Source of the DNA: Alphaproteobacteria bacterium
GTDB taxonomy: Bacteria > Pseudomonadota > Alphaproteobacteria > Rs-D84
Assembly: GCA_017630405.1 (NCBI GenBank)
Contig: JAGBVH010000025.1
Location: 12,352 to 76,351, forward strand
DNA length: 64,000 bases
Direction of reading: 5' to 3'
Shown here: one piece after another, positions 40,860-51,653 of the stretch
Position numbering within the stretch: the stretch's first letter is position 1
How the letters are laid out: each line of letters opens with the position of its first letter
Made by a program: the position numbers and the translations under genes
The notes under the pieces: model-generated
Database searches by the model: none
What the model was told of the DNA's origin: nothing
Seen by the model: only the letters and a program-made list of their open reading frames with translations

Positions 40860-41996
40860 CTAGAACCAGCCTTTTTTATCGGTTTTAGTTTCTGCAAACT
40901 CGTTCAAAATCTTTTTCTGCTTGTCTGTTAATTTTGTTGGAATATTTATCGCAACATCAATATACAGGTCGCCAAAGCCACCTCGACGCGTTGGCATACC
41001 ATGTCCACGCACACGCAACTTTTCACCGACCTGAGTACCCGCAGGAACTTTTACCGCCAATTTTTTATCATCAATAGTTTCAATATCTATTTCACCGCCC
41101 AGTGCAAGTGTAGTAAACGGCACATCCATACGCATAATCAAATTATCTCCCGCGCGTTCAAAACGATTATCCGGACGAATACGAACATCGATATAGAAAT
41201 CCCCCGCCGGCGCACCATTGGCACCAGCCTCGCCCTGACCTGCCAGGCGCAAGCGCGCACCATCTTCGATACCCGCTGGGATTTTCACCTCTAGTGTACG
41301 CTGTTTATTGGTCACGCCACTGCCGTCACACTGACTGCACTTTTTATCAATTTTGCGTCCCAACCCATTACATTCCGGGCACGGTGTTTCCATCGCAAAG
41401 AATCCCTGACGCGTATGAACAAATCCACTACCCCCACAATGCTGACACACAGGCGCAGGCTTGCCATCTGCAGTCCCATGCCCATGGCATTTATCACATT
41501 CAACATTACTTGAAAATTTTACAGTATGTGTTTTACCAAAATAAGCATCTTTCAGGTCAATCACAACTTCATCCAGCAAATCGCGACCACCGCGTTGTGG
41601 TGCTCCACGGCGCGCACCTGCGCCACCAAACCCATCAAATCCGAAACCACGCATAGCCTCGCGCAGGATATCCTCCATTCCAGCGCCACCACCCATATTA
41701 AAGTGGAACGCACCATCACCGAACGGATTTCCGCCACCAAATCCTGCCCCCGCGCCATTACCACCCGCAAACGCAGCATCACCAAAGCGATCATACGCGG
41801 CACGCTTTTGCGGGTCTTTCAAAATATCGAACGCATTATTTACTTCTTTGAACTTTTCTTCTGCGTCCTTATTATCAGGATTTCTGTCTGGGTGATATTT
41901 CATAACCAGTTTATGATATGCCTTTTTAATATCAGCGTCGGTCGCATCGCGCGCAACCCCCAGAACTTCATAAGGATTTTTATTCATATTGTTCAC
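40860..41996 (-). CDS. dnaJ: Chaperone DnaJ
   Basis: J domain HPD, G/F-rich region, four CxxCxGxG repeats. Confidence 0.98.
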   Translation of the reverse strand: MNNMNKNPYEVLGVARDATDADIKKAYHKLVMKYHPDRNPDNKDAEEKFKEVNNAFDILKDPQKRAAYDRFGDAAFAGGNGAGAGFGGGNPFGDGAFHFNMGGGAGMEDILREAMRGFGFDGFGGAGARRGAPQRGGRDLLDEVVIDLKDAYFGKTHTVKFSSNVECDKCHGHGTADGKPAPVCQHCGGSGFVHTRQGFFAMETPCPECNGLGRKIDKKCSQCDGSGVTNKQRTLEVKIPAGIEDGARLRLAGQGEAGANGAPAGDFYIDVRIRPDNRFERAGDNLIMRMDVPFTTLALGGEIDIETIDDKKLAVKVPAGTQVGEKLRVRGHGMPTRRGGFGDLYIDVAINIPTKLTDKQKKILNEFAETKTDKKGWF

Positions 41997-42017
41997 TCGT
42001 CATTATCGTTAACAAAT

Positions 42018-42045
42018 ATATAGACAATGGCGACAAAAAATCAAG
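42018..42045 (-). promoter_or_regulatory. RpoH (sigma32)-type promoter for dnaJ
   Basis: Minus strand CTTG-N18-CTATAT, same pattern as the groES promoter. Confidence 0.7.
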
Positions 42046-42118
42046 CCCCGAATACGATTTAGGCTTAAATTCTTTGGGCTTGCCAAAATTTGAAAAATGT
42101 TCTAATAATAAGAGCATT

Positions 42119-44098
42119 ATGACAGAGAAAACAACACACACATATGACGCATCCGACATTCAGGTACTCGAGGGTCTTGAACCTGTTCGTCTGCGTCCTG
42201 GAATGTACATTGGCGGCACTGATGAAAAGGCGTGGCATCATTTGCCAATCGAAATCATGGACAATTCGATTGACGAAGCGGTTGCCGGCTTTGCCAAGAA
42301 AATCACAGTAAATTTAATTGATTCAAAAACTATCGAAATTGCGGACGATGGCCGCGGTATTCCTGTGGACGAACACCCAAAATACCCTGGCAAATCCGCA
42401 CTAGAAGTTATTTTAACCACACTGCATTCCGGCGGCAAGTTTAATAATAATGTGTACAAGACCAGTGGCGGTCTGCATGGTGTTGGCTCTGCGGTTGTGA
42501 ACGCGCTGTCATCTGAAATGATAGTAGATATCGCGCGCGACGGCTATAATTGGCACCAGACATTTTCACGTGGTCTGACCACATCCCCGATGCAACAGGG
42601 AACCGCGACCAAATCACATGGCACAAAAATCCGCTTTACAATCGACGACCAGATTTTTGGCGCAAACGCGGTATTCAAGCCTGTAAAAATCTATCGCATG
42701 GCACGCGCCAAGGCTTTCTTGTCCCGCGGGGTCAAGATTGAATGGACCTGTAATCCCGAATTATTGACCGAGGATATGAATATCCCAGCCAGCACAACTT
42801 TCTATTATCCAAATGGTGTTGCGGACTTCTTGGCGGAAAAGACAGATTCCAAGCCTCGCATTTTGCCACGTATATTCAGTGGTGCGGTTGACTTCCCGGA
42901 CGATTCGGGTCGTGTTGAATGGGCTTTGACATTTTTGACCGATGAAAACGGTGCCGCATCTGATGACGGATTCTTTTCATCATACTGCAACACGATTGCG
43001 ACAATCGATGGTGGCACACACGAAACAGGTTTCAAATCCGCCATTACCAAGGGGATTAAGGCATACGGCGAAAAAGTAAATAACAAAGCGGCCGCCACAA
43101 TCATCGGCGAAGACGTATTTGATTCTGTTGCCGCGATTGTATCTGTATTTTATAAAACACCACAATTTTTGGGCCAGACCAAGGAAAAACTCTCTAATCC
43201 CGAGGTTGCACGTTTCACAGAAAACGCGCTGCGCGATCCATGGGAAATGTTTCTGGCATCTGATCCAAAAACCGCGAACGCATTACTGGACTTTGTTGTA
43301 AATCTGGCAAATGCGCGTATTAAAACGAAACAGGTCAAAGAAATTGCCCGCAAAACCCCGACCAAGCGCGTGCGTATGCCTGCGAAATTAGCGGATTGTT
43401 CCAAACATGGTATTGCCGGCACAGAACTGTTTATTGTCGAAGGGGAATCGGCGGGCGGTACCGCAAAACAAGCACGCGACCGCGCGACCCAGGCAATTAT
43501 GCCACTTCGCGGCAAGGTATTAAATGTTATATCCAATTCGGACGAACGCTTTGGTGCAAACAAAGAATTAAACGAATTAATCGACATCATTGGTGCCGGC
43601 ACTGCCAAGGATTGGAACGAAGACAAACTGCGTTATGAAAAAATCATCGTCATGACCGATGCCGACGTAGACGGCAGCCACATAGCATCATTGTTGATGG
43701 CGTTCTTCTATCAACACATGCCCCAGTTAATTTATGGTGGCCACCTGTATTTATCGTGTCCACCATTGTACAAATTAACCTGTGGCACCGAATCGATTTA
43801 TGTTGATACGGACGAAGAATTAGAAAATTTAAAAACAACTAAATACAAGAACAAACGCGTGGAAATTTCTCGATTCAAAGGGTTGGGTGAAATGATGCCG
43901 AACCAGTTAAAGGAAACAACCATGTCACCCAAAACACGCCGTCTTATCCGCGTGGAATTACCACCACGCACAGACGAAGGTGCCGAAGACACAGAAAAAA
44001 CACGCACAATCGTTTCTGAATTAATGGGCAAAAAACCAGAGTTTCGTTTCAAGTTCATCACCGAACACGCCCAATTCGTAAAAGATTTGTTTGTATAA
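42119..44098 (+). CDS. parE: DNA topoisomerase IV subunit B
   Basis: EGLEPVRLRPGMYIGGTD, SGGLHGVG, EGESAGG, PLRGKVLN, MTDADVDG, RFKGLGEM; lacks the GyrB insertion. Confidence 0.85.
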   Translation: MTEKTTHTYDASDIQVLEGLEPVRLRPGMYIGGTDEKAWHHLPIEIMDNSIDEAVAGFAKKITVNLIDSKTIEIADDGRGIPVDEHPKYPGKSALEVILTTLHSGGKFNNNVYKTSGGLHGVGSAVVNALSSEMIVDIARDGYNWHQTFSRGLTTSPMQQGTATKSHGTKIRFTIDDQIFGANAVFKPVKIYRMARAKAFLSRGVKIEWTCNPELLTEDMNIPASTTFYYPNGVADFLAEKTDSKPRILPRIFSGAVDFPDDSGRVEWALTFLTDENGAASDDGFFSSYCNTIATIDGGTHETGFKSAITKGIKAYGEKVNNKAAATIIGEDVFDSVAAIVSVFYKTPQFLGQTKEKLSNPEVARFTENALRDPWEMFLASDPKTANALLDFVVNLANARIKTKQVKEIARKTPTKRVRMPAKLADCSKHGIAGTELFIVEGESAGGTAKQARDRATQAIMPLRGKVLNVISNSDERFGANKELNELIDIIGAGTAKDWNEDKLRYEKIIVMTDADVDGSHIASLLMAFFYQHMPQLIYGGHLYLSCPPLYKLTCGTESIYVDTDEELENLKTTKYKNKRVEISRFKGLGEMMPNQLKETTMSPKTRRLIRVELPPRTDEGAEDTEKTRTIVSELMGKKPEFRFKFITEHAQFVKDLFV

Positions 44099-44151
44099 AA
44101 AATCCCCGAATGGGGATTTTGTTTCTCTCAACTTAATCAATCATAAATCAA

Positions 44152-45261
44152 TTACTGAACAAATGTCACCCTGGGCAAGAATTCATCCCCCCAGTTCGCG
44201 ACCAACTGGCCACCAATGGTACATTGTAAATCTTCAAACCCTTCTTTGACCTGGGCTTTTTTAATCAGATGACTGGACAGCAACGCGCCCGCCGTTCCCA
44301 ACACAACGGCACCGGTTGAATCCGCCATTAAACGATACGCATTAAACTTACCTTCCTTATTTTTCCAAACCGAACCACCAGTTGACAGCCCAGCATAAAT
44401 CGCCTGAACCCGCGCAACCTTTAATTGCAATTTCAAACCTTCCAATTCACTTTCAAAACCATCCACTGTCCCCAAATCAGATGGCAACGCATCCAACAGC
44501 GCTTTTAATTTTCTTTCAAAACCATCAACATCTTCTTGCGTCGCATTCGTTTTACCACCCTCGCAAAAATTGATTAATTCTTGCAACTTTCTTATGACCT
44601 TAGGAACACGATCACCATCATCATAATCATCATCATCATACGTATATCCAAACAACTTGTTCTGCAAATCATTTAACGCATCCCTCACCGTGTCATTACA
44701 AATATTGACCGATTGCCCAACAGGATTCTCATTATAAATCAAAAAGATATACACCGCACGCCCTTGAAATTGACTTCCTTCTTCCCATGGCTGATCACCC
44801 GCAGCAAAACTCGCACACGGACCATCAGAATCAGAAGTGCAGTCATATAGTGCAGAAGTAACTCTTGCAGTGTCCAAGGCATCTTTAACCGCCGTCAATC
44901 GGCCCTGTGCCAAAGTTACATTGTTTTCTGTTGTTCCGGTCTTATCAGCCGTTGCAAACAACAAAATCCCATTCAATTGCGCTTCAATGCTTTTTATGCT
45001 ATTAGCCATAGCAGATACTCTGTCATTGCATTCTCCAGGCACGGCCGAGCTAGCATTATCAAAATAAACGATATAGTGCGCATTTATACCCTGACCTGTA
45101 GAAGTATTATATATACCCTCGGTCTCACCACTCGGAACATTATCAGTCCCTAACGTTCCTGCCACACACACACCAGACGGACGCGGATCCACCGCCCCCC
45201 ATGCGCCGCCACATGCGCCGATAACCAATGCCATAAACAAAAAGAATCTTTTCAAAAACAT
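44152..45261 (-). CDS. Secreted protein with OmpA-like peptidoglycan-binding domain and C-terminal hydrophobic segment
   Basis: Signal peptide; YFDN...ATADKTG...NVTLAQGRLTAV; GAVVLGTAGALLS. Confidence 0.65.
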   Translation of the reverse strand: MFLKRFFLFMALVIGACGGAWGAVDPRPSGVCVAGTLGTDNVPSGETEGIYNTSTGQGINAHYIVYFDNASSAVPGECNDRVSAMANSIKSIEAQLNGILLFATADKTGTTENNVTLAQGRLTAVKDALDTARVTSALYDCTSDSDGPCASFAAGDQPWEEGSQFQGRAVYIFLIYNENPVGQSVNICNDTVRDALNDLQNKLFGYTYDDDDYDDGDRVPKVIRKLQELINFCEGGKTNATQEDVDGFERKLKALLDALPSDLGTVDGFESELEGLKLQLKVARVQAIYAGLSTGGSVWKNKEGKFNAYRLMADSTGAVVLGTAGALLSSHLIKKAQVKEGFEDLQCTIGGQLVANWGDEFLPRVTFVQ

Positions 45262-45367
45262 TTATTTTTCCCCCGCAACAAATATATATTATCAGTACTA
45301 TTTTATCACAAACCAACCCCACAACCAAATAAATAATCCCACACACACAAACAAAACACCCTGTGTT

Positions 45368-45497
45368 TTGTCACCCTGTGGCTTGACCACAGGGCCCAGG
45401 TCATCATTCCGCTATACTAAACGAACTCTCTGACCACCCCACCCTTGGCCCCGCGCAAACATTTGTTTGCGTGGGTGAAACCAAGCGGGAATGACAA
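45368..45497. repeat. Palindromic MITE/RPE-like element, copy B
   Basis: TTGTCACCCTGTGG-cttga-CCACAGGG CCCAGGTCAT ... GCGGGAATGACAA; shares termini and CCCAGGTCAT with the copy at 11958. Confidence 0.7.
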
Positions 45498-45567
45498 GTT
45501 CATAAAAATTGTTTTAATTACTCATATATCATGCGCCATAAAAAAATCCGCCGTCGGCGGGATTTTT

Positions 45568-46845
45568 TTACTTACATTCGTTAATCAACTGTTGAATCTG
45601 GGCATTCAATACCAAATCCGCCGCTTTCTGCTTTTCAATCTGTTTGATTGCATACAATACTGTTGCATGATCACGACCACCAACAAAGTTACCAATTTCA
45701 GACAAAGACAAACTGGTCACTTCCTTCAATACAGCCATCATTGTCTGACGTGCCAAGACCAAGTTACGGCTGCGACCCGCGCCACATACTGCATCATATG
45801 AAACAGCCAATTTTTCACACATTACCTTTACCATTGCCATTGGTGTTTTTACTGTCTGTAATGTATCCGCCAACAAACGGGATGCAACCGCCATATCAAC
45901 CGCAGTACCCATCAAGTCTGCATATGTCTTGATTTTCATCGCAACACCAGAAACCAAATGACCGTCATTTGCGATACGACCCGCCAATTCTTCTGCTACA
46001 TTTGCTGCAACACCTGCACGCTTAAGCATAACAGACTTTACATATGCGTTTGGTGCAACAACATCCGCAACCAAACCAGATGCCAACAAGCCCTGTGCAC
46101 GGCGATCGAAACCAGTCAGGTTGCTTGGCGCTGCATTAGATGTCAAAACAACATTTTTACCTGCGTTGCGCAAATCCATAACCAATGTCAAAAATTCTTC
46201 TGTTGATGCCTTTTTACCAGACAAAGCCTGAACATCATCCAAGATAAATGTATCACAATTACGGCAGAAATCTTTGAATGCGAAAACTGTGCGATCATGC
46301 AGGCTGCGTGTGAATTCGGAAACAAACTGTGCACCGGTCATTTTAACAACACGACCATTTGATGCGCCCTGGATACAATCAGCCAACAAAGACTTGCCAC
46401 AGCCAGACGCGCCATAAATAAACAAAGGTGAAAATGGAACATTACCAGCCGCCAATTTCTTGCAAGCAGATACAACAAACAAGTTTTCATCACATGTAAC
46501 AAAAGAATCAAATGCAACATTGTTTGTCACAGGCGCCGCCGCTGGTGTAAATGTCTGTGTGTTATTATCATTTGCAACTGGTGCTGTGCGAACTGTATTA
46601 CCACGAACAATAACAGATACATTCAAACCGAATTCCGCAACAATCGCATTCAGCGCATTTACATGAACAGAATTAATAAAATCAGCCGAGAACTGATTCT
46701 GGGCCGCCAGAACCAAAGTATTACCAATAACTTCGAAATCCAAAGGTGCAATCCAAGAAGAGAAAGTAGCAGAATCCATTTTTGCGGCGATGGCCCCCTT
46801 GATTGTTTCCAAGTTTGTCATTGTATTTTTTGCCGCTGTCTGCAT
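45568..46845 (-). CDS. dnaA: Chromosomal replication initiator DnaA (divergent)
   Basis: NPLFIYG-like SPLFIYGASGCGKS, ILDDVQ, LARQTMM, SLSEIG, GGRDHATV; AAGGAG RBS before MQTAA. Confidence 0.9.
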   Translation of the reverse strand: MQTAAKNTMTNLETIKGAIAAKMDSATFSSWIAPLDFEVIGNTLVLAAQNQFSADFINSVHVNALNAIVAEFGLNVSVIVRGNTVRTAPVANDNNTQTFTPAAAPVTNNVAFDSFVTCDENLFVVSACKKLAAGNVPFSPLFIYGASGCGKSLLADCIQGASNGRVVKMTGAQFVSEFTRSLHDRTVFAFKDFCRNCDTFILDDVQALSGKKASTEEFLTLVMDLRNAGKNVVLTSNAAPSNLTGFDRRAQGLLASGLVADVVAPNAYVKSVMLKRAGVAANVAEELAGRIANDGHLVSGVAMKIKTYADLMGTAVDMAVASRLLADTLQTVKTPMAMVKVMCEKLAVSYDAVCGAGRSRNLVLARQTMMAVLKEVTSLSLSEIGNFVGGRDHATVLYAIKQIEKQKAADLVLNAQIQQLINECK

Positions 46846-47289
46846 GCCGTTTCTCCTTTCCTTCCCTAAAAGAGTTTCCTGCCCCGCGCAAGGTTGTAAA
46901 AGCCACCTGCACAAAACGCAATTTTATTCCTTCCTTTCAGAACAAACTGCTTTTTTATTGCTTTGTTTTACTCTCTCGCACACCCTTGTGGATTAAACTT
47001 TTTTACCAAAGTTTCATCCGATTTTTCAGAACGTTTTATGTATTTATTTTTTAAACACAACCGCGCCCTGCTTTACTTTCAAAGACAAATCCAAATTCAG
47101 ACTTACCTTTGTTTTTTTGATTGATTTTTTTCTCTCAATCATCTTTTGGATACGTCAAATAATTTATAAGATATTTTTCGGTTTACAACCAAATATTGAA
47201 CAATTTTTTAACATTTATTTTTTGACAACGATTCGTTTTTTTGCCTATTTTCTGCGCCTTGTATATACACTGTATATACATTTAAAAAC

Positions 47290-48312
47290 CTATACTCGCA
47301 CATATCCGCCGTCAACTTTTCGCACCAAACCCTGTAATTCCAAGACAACCAGCTCCGATTTAATTTCCGAAACCGATTTTTTGACAAGATTTGCCAATAC
47401 AGATTCTGACACAGGAATCGTCCCAAGTTTATCAATCAGATTTAATTCCGATTCACTTTTTTCAACAACTTTTTTATTGGCGATCTTTTTCGCATCCACC
47501 GCAAAGAAATCGGACACCCCCATACAAAGTTTGGCCTTTCCAGCCTGAATCAATGAGTTAGGCCCCATCGAACGCAAATCCGATGGATGTGACGGCACCG
47601 CCCAAACAGTGCGCCCCAATTCATTTGCGAATCGTGCAGTCGTCATTGAGCCAGATTTTATGTCCGCTTCGCCCAGCACCAGCGCATCCGCCAATCCGGC
47701 CACGATTCGATTTCGCATAACAAAATTTGTCGCAACTGGCACAAACCCAACCGGCATTTCACTTATGATTGCGCCCCGCTCTACTATTTCCCAATACAAC
47801 GATTCGTTTTCGGTTGGCCAAATATAATCCGCACCACCCGCCAACACCGCAACCGTATTAACATTTCCAGCCGCACGCAATGCGCCCATATGCGCGGCAG
47901 TATCCGTTCCAATCGCCATACCAGATACAACGGCCGTACCATGCGCCGCGAATTCAGTTGCCATATCCGCAATCAATCCCATCCCCGCGGCGGTTGCATG
48001 TCGCGTTCCGACCATCGCGACCATGGGCCGCGCCAAAACATCCAAATTACCACGCACCGTTATTACCGGCGGATGATTTTTTACCGCACGCAACGCCGCC
48101 GGATATCGCGCATCATCATCTGATATATAATATATATGATGCGATGCGGCCAAATCCATTTCACGCAGAACCGAATCGCGTAAATCTGAATCAGCGTTCA
48201 AACTTTCCGCCGCCGCCGCAACCGAACCAAAGCGCGAAACCAAATCATTATATCGCGCCGGCCCAATCTTTGGGGTCCGCAAAATCAATAACTTATTAAA
48301 CAAATCTGACAT
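47290..48312 (-). CDS. dprA: DNA-processing protein DprA
   Basis: VAMVGTR, VVSGMAIGTD, ISEMP, FVMRNRIVAG, SGSMTTA, winged-helix tail. Confidence 0.95.
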   Translation of the reverse strand: MSDLFNKLLILRTPKIGPARYNDLVSRFGSVAAAAESLNADSDLRDSVLREMDLAASHHIYYISDDDARYPAALRAVKNHPPVITVRGNLDVLARPMVAMVGTRHATAAGMGLIADMATEFAAHGTAVVSGMAIGTDTAAHMGALRAAGNVNTVAVLAGGADYIWPTENESLYWEIVERGAIISEMPVGFVPVATNFVMRNRIVAGLADALVLGEADIKSGSMTTARFANELGRTVWAVPSHPSDLRSMGPNSLIQAGKAKLCMGVSDFFAVDAKKIANKKVVEKSESELNLIDKLGTIPVSESVLANLVKKSVSEIKSELVVLELQGLVRKVDGGYVRV

Positions 48313-48386
48313 ATTCGCACTATACGATAATATTCATATATAAATAAAGTACTGATTTAAAAAACCGCCATCGGCGGTTTTAATTA

Positions 48387-49217
48387 TTATTCGCAGTTTA
48401 AATCTTTCTTAACAGCATCGTATATTGTTTTGACTTGACTACAACCAGTCTCCCATTTATCGGCGCACACTGTTTTCAAATCACAAATTGCGGTTCTATG
48501 ACTTTCATAATCTTTATCTTTGCTTGTTCTCAATTCTTCAAGCCTTGACTTAAACAAGTCAGTTCCAGACAATGCTTTTTGGCCCATAACCTTATCGCCA
48601 AATATTTTATTTCCGCCCGCTTCCATCAAACCAAAACCAAGCCCCGCAGACGCAACAGTCGCGCCAACAGTTCCCCATACACGACCAGACTTCTTGGCAT
48701 CTAAAATACGTTGTTCCATTTCTTCATCAGAAACCCATCCACCACATTTAATCGGATCGCGATTCCATTCAAAGTATTTAGCACTTACACCTGACATATC
48801 AATTCTTGGGTCATTAGTGCGAATCTCGACCTTAATAAAGCAGGTATTATTTTCTGGATTAACAAAATCCTCTACCATTGTGGCATAGTCACTTGTGTCA
48901 CTGTTACGCGATGCCCAAACATATGTGTTGCCAACGCCAATATTATTGGCCAAGCAAGCCTCTTTTTCCTTTTGACGAATATCTTTATCAGCAGGCAACA
49001 TTTCTTCTGGGGTCACCGCCAAGGCCGCCTTTTCTGCCGCTGATTCCGCATCTGTATTTTTCGCTGCCATTGCATTTAACTGATTTTTTGATGCAACCGC
49101 GCGCGGTGCCGCCATTACCATCTGGGACGACATAGAACGGCGTGATGTATCAGGCGCGGCATTTGCAATCCCCACAAAACAGACCATCCCCATCAAAAAT
49201 ACGATTGATTTCGACAT
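48387..49217 (-). CDS. Secreted hypothetical protein with Cys pairs and a Gly-zipper-like segment
   Basis: Signal ending ANA; WGTVGATVASAGLGFG hydrophobic segment. Confidence 0.75.
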   Translation of the reverse strand: MSKSIVFLMGMVCFVGIANAAPDTSRRSMSSQMVMAAPRAVASKNQLNAMAAKNTDAESAAEKAALAVTPEEMLPADKDIRQKEKEACLANNIGVGNTYVWASRNSDTSDYATMVEDFVNPENNTCFIKVEIRTNDPRIDMSGVSAKYFEWNRDPIKCGGWVSDEEMEQRILDAKKSGRVWGTVGATVASAGLGFGLMEAGGNKIFGDKVMGQKALSGTDLFKSRLEELRTSKDKDYESHRTAICDLKTVCADKWETGCSQVKTIYDAVKKDLNCE

Positions 49218-49308
49218 ACTCTCTTCCTAATACTATCGCGTGTATTATACCACAAAATGATGAAAAAATAAAGTCAAATATAAATCAAGGGGGCGTTGCC
49301 CCCCGATT

Positions 49309-49896
49309 TTATTTCTTCCACTTCCACTCGATTTTCGATTCGTTTCCACCAATCAATCGTTTGATATTTTCGCGATGTCGCCACATACATAACAACCCAA
49401 TTGCCAGGAATGCCCATCCAACAGATGTGCTAATCAAAAACCCAAGAACAGGTATCAAACAGAAAACAATTACCGCCCCCAAAGACGAAATACCCGAAGA
49501 TAACGCAACCAACAACCACTCAAGACCACACACCACAAAAGACATTGGACTTACCGCCAACAGAACACCGAACAAACTCGATATGCCCTTGCCACCGCGG
49601 AACCGCAACCATACTGGATAACAATGCCCCACAATCGCCGCAAATCCGCACCATGCGCCGAATGCATCACCCGCGACATAGCACCCAATAAAGACCGCTG
49701 CAATTGCCTTGGCCATATCCAGAATCCATACCAACCCAGCCATACGCAAACCACCCACGCGCATAACATTGGTTGCGCCGATATTACCACTGCCCACCTT
49801 GCGCAGGTCACCCTTGCCTGCCAGCTTGGTCAAAAGCAATCCCATAGGTACAGAACCCAACAAATAAGAAACCATTATAGTAATTATATATATCAT
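49309..49896 (-). CDS. plsY: Glycerol-3-phosphate acyltransferase PlsY
   Basis: YLLGSVP, GSGNIGATN, GHCYP, FRGGKG, HRENIKRL. Confidence 0.96.
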   Translation of the reverse strand: MIYIITIMVSYLLGSVPMGLLLTKLAGKGDLRKVGSGNIGATNVMRVGGLRMAGLVWILDMAKAIAAVFIGCYVAGDAFGAWCGFAAIVGHCYPVWLRFRGGKGISSLFGVLLAVSPMSFVVCGLEWLLVALSSGISSLGAVIVFCLIPVLGFLISTSVGWAFLAIGLLCMWRHRENIKRLIGGNESKIEWKWKK

Positions 49897-49969
49897 GTTA
49901 TTTTTCCTTGATTTTGTGTTTGTTTTCTATAAAATATCAAAAACGTGAAGAAAATAAAAGGAAAATAAC

Positions 49970-50230
49970 GTGGCAAATCATAAGTCATCTGAAAAAAGAG
50001 TTTTGGTTTCGGCCAAGAAAAACGCAATTAACACTGCACGTCGCAGCGCGGTAAAAACAGCAACTAAAAAAGCATTGGTCGCAGTTGCATCTGGCGACAA
50101 AGCTGCTGCTACAACAGCTGCACGCAACGCAGAAAGCAAAATTATGAAAGCTGCTGGCAAAGTAATGCCTAAAAAACGCGCAGCTCGCAAAATTTCTCGC
50201 TTGGCTAAAAAAGTATCTGCAATGGCCTAA
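49970..50230 (+). CDS. rpsT: 30S ribosomal protein S20
   Basis: GTG start; ANHKSSEKR, KKRAARKISRL. Confidence 0.93.
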   Translation: MANHKSSEKRVLVSAKKNAINTARRSAVKTATKKALVAVASGDKAAATTAARNAESKIMKAAGKVMPKKRAARKISRLAKKVSAMA

Positions 50231-50295
50231 ATTGCGTAAACGCAAATAATTTAGTGCGCCCGTCGGCGCACTTTTTGTCGTTTTGTATTTTTATT

Positions 50296-50565
50296 TTAAT
50301 CAATCCAAATAAAGGCATGCCCTTCTGGCAATTCACCTTGAGGCCTTTTCAACGAAATTGTATCAAAGCGTCTGTCGCTCAAATCAACCTTGCCGTCCAA
50401 TTTCTCATTAAATTCTTTCTTAACAGCTTCTAATTTTTCCGATGTATATTCAACACTTGCCACATGTGGAACCAAAACTGTTGTCACCGCATCCTGACAA
50501 ATCGCAGGCCCAATCGCCGACACCATTAAGCACAAACAAAAAAACAAGCGTCCAATAACAGACAT
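50296..50565 (-). CDS. Small secreted fibre-family protein (C-terminal IWID)
   Basis: GGAGAG RBS; signal peptide; KLDGKVD...RFDTIS...PEGHAFIWID. Confidence 0.7.
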   Translation of the reverse strand: MSVIGRLFFCLCLMVSAIGPAICQDAVTTVLVPHVASVEYTSEKLEAVKKEFNEKLDGKVDLSDRRFDTISLKRPQGELPEGHAFIWID

Positions 50566-50646
50566 TATCTCTCCGTCCAAGATTCCTTTCATCAACATAT
50601 TAATATCACACTTCAAAGCAACACGCAAATCCAACCCACAACAAAT

Positions 50647-51636
50647 TTAAAATCTATATATTTTTACATAACTGACATCGCTGACATTCTGGACACCACT
50701 GCCACCGGCACCACCATTAACACCAACACCAACGCCCAACAATCCACCGGTCGAAACCGCGCCACCACCGCCACCACCATACGAAGTTATCGTCTGACCA
50801 CCACAGGACCACGATACATTCGCACCACCGGCACCACCCGTTGCGTTTGAAGAACCGAACAATCCGCCCATGGAACTGCTGCCGCCGTCGCCACCACCAC
50901 TATCTGTGGCATCAGCACCAACATTCCCGCGATACAGCAAACCAGATGCGGCTACACCACCACCACCACCAACGGCGCCACCGCCGCCACCACCACACCC
51001 AAGACCATCAGCACCCCATGCATCACCGCCCTTGGCCGCAACACCATCTGTTCCCTGTTCAAAACTGCCGCCGCCGCCGGAACCACATTCTTGTTCAACC
51101 TTGCTACTGTTATATCCACCCTGACCCGCCCCACCGGCACCACCCTGGGACAAGACAAATTCATCACCAACCTGAAAGAAACTTGGTGCGCCCGATGCGC
51201 CACCACCACCGGCCGACATAACACCACTGCTGGCAGAATTTACACCACCCGCATTACCATCACCGCCGCGAAAAGCATAAACGGTTGTCGCCGTGTCAAT
51301 TGTAAAACTATAGATTTCTGGGGCAGCATCCTGACCATTACCTGTTCGACCACCACCATCGCCGCCACAACCGCCAAGAATCTCTACGGTATAACATCCC
51401 GGGCGCAACTCAATAGCCTCGCATGAATTCAAAGATGTTACTTCGTGATAAAGACTGGATTGCCCAACGGTGTACACAACACCATCTTTTTTAATTTTTA
51501 ATGAATCTGGACAACTACCCACCGATACAGGCGCATAATAAATGGCCCCCGTCTGATCTTTAATATTAAGGGCAAACTCAGTCGTCTTAACTGTATCAAC
51601 CGCTATTTGAAGATCAGCAACATTCAGAACTGGCAT
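50647..51636 (-). CDS. Glycine-rich beta-domain protein (tail-fibre/ALK-type Gly-rich), no signal peptide
   Basis: GCYTVEILGGCGG N-strand, many GGGGG/GGAGG turns, closing YVKIYRF strand. Confidence 0.8.
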   Translation of the reverse strand: MPVLNVADLQIAVDTVKTTEFALNIKDQTGAIYYAPVSVGSCPDSLKIKKDGVVYTVGQSSLYHEVTSLNSCEAIELRPGCYTVEILGGCGGDGGGRTGNGQDAAPEIYSFTIDTATTVYAFRGGDGNAGGVNSASSGVMSAGGGGASGAPSFFQVGDEFVLSQGGAGGAGQGGYNSSKVEQECGSGGGGSFEQGTDGVAAKGGDAWGADGLGCGGGGGGAVGGGGGVAASGLLYRGNVGADATDSGGGDGGSSSMGGLFGSSNATGGAGGANVSWSCGGQTITSYGGGGGGAVSTGGLLGVGVGVNGGAGGSGVQNVSDVSYVKIYRF

Positions 51637-51653
51637 TATCCACATCCTTAATA

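Noticed and set aside
42119-44098. gyrB
   Set aside because: About 660 aa without the proteobacterial GyrB insertion, and the N-terminal motif fits ParE; residual uncertainty remains
46846-47289. oriC next to dnaA
   Set aside because: Only one imperfect DnaA box; by eye the + strand stays C-rich on both sides, so no skew inversion. Alphaproteobacterial oriC is often unlinked from dnaA. Not computed.
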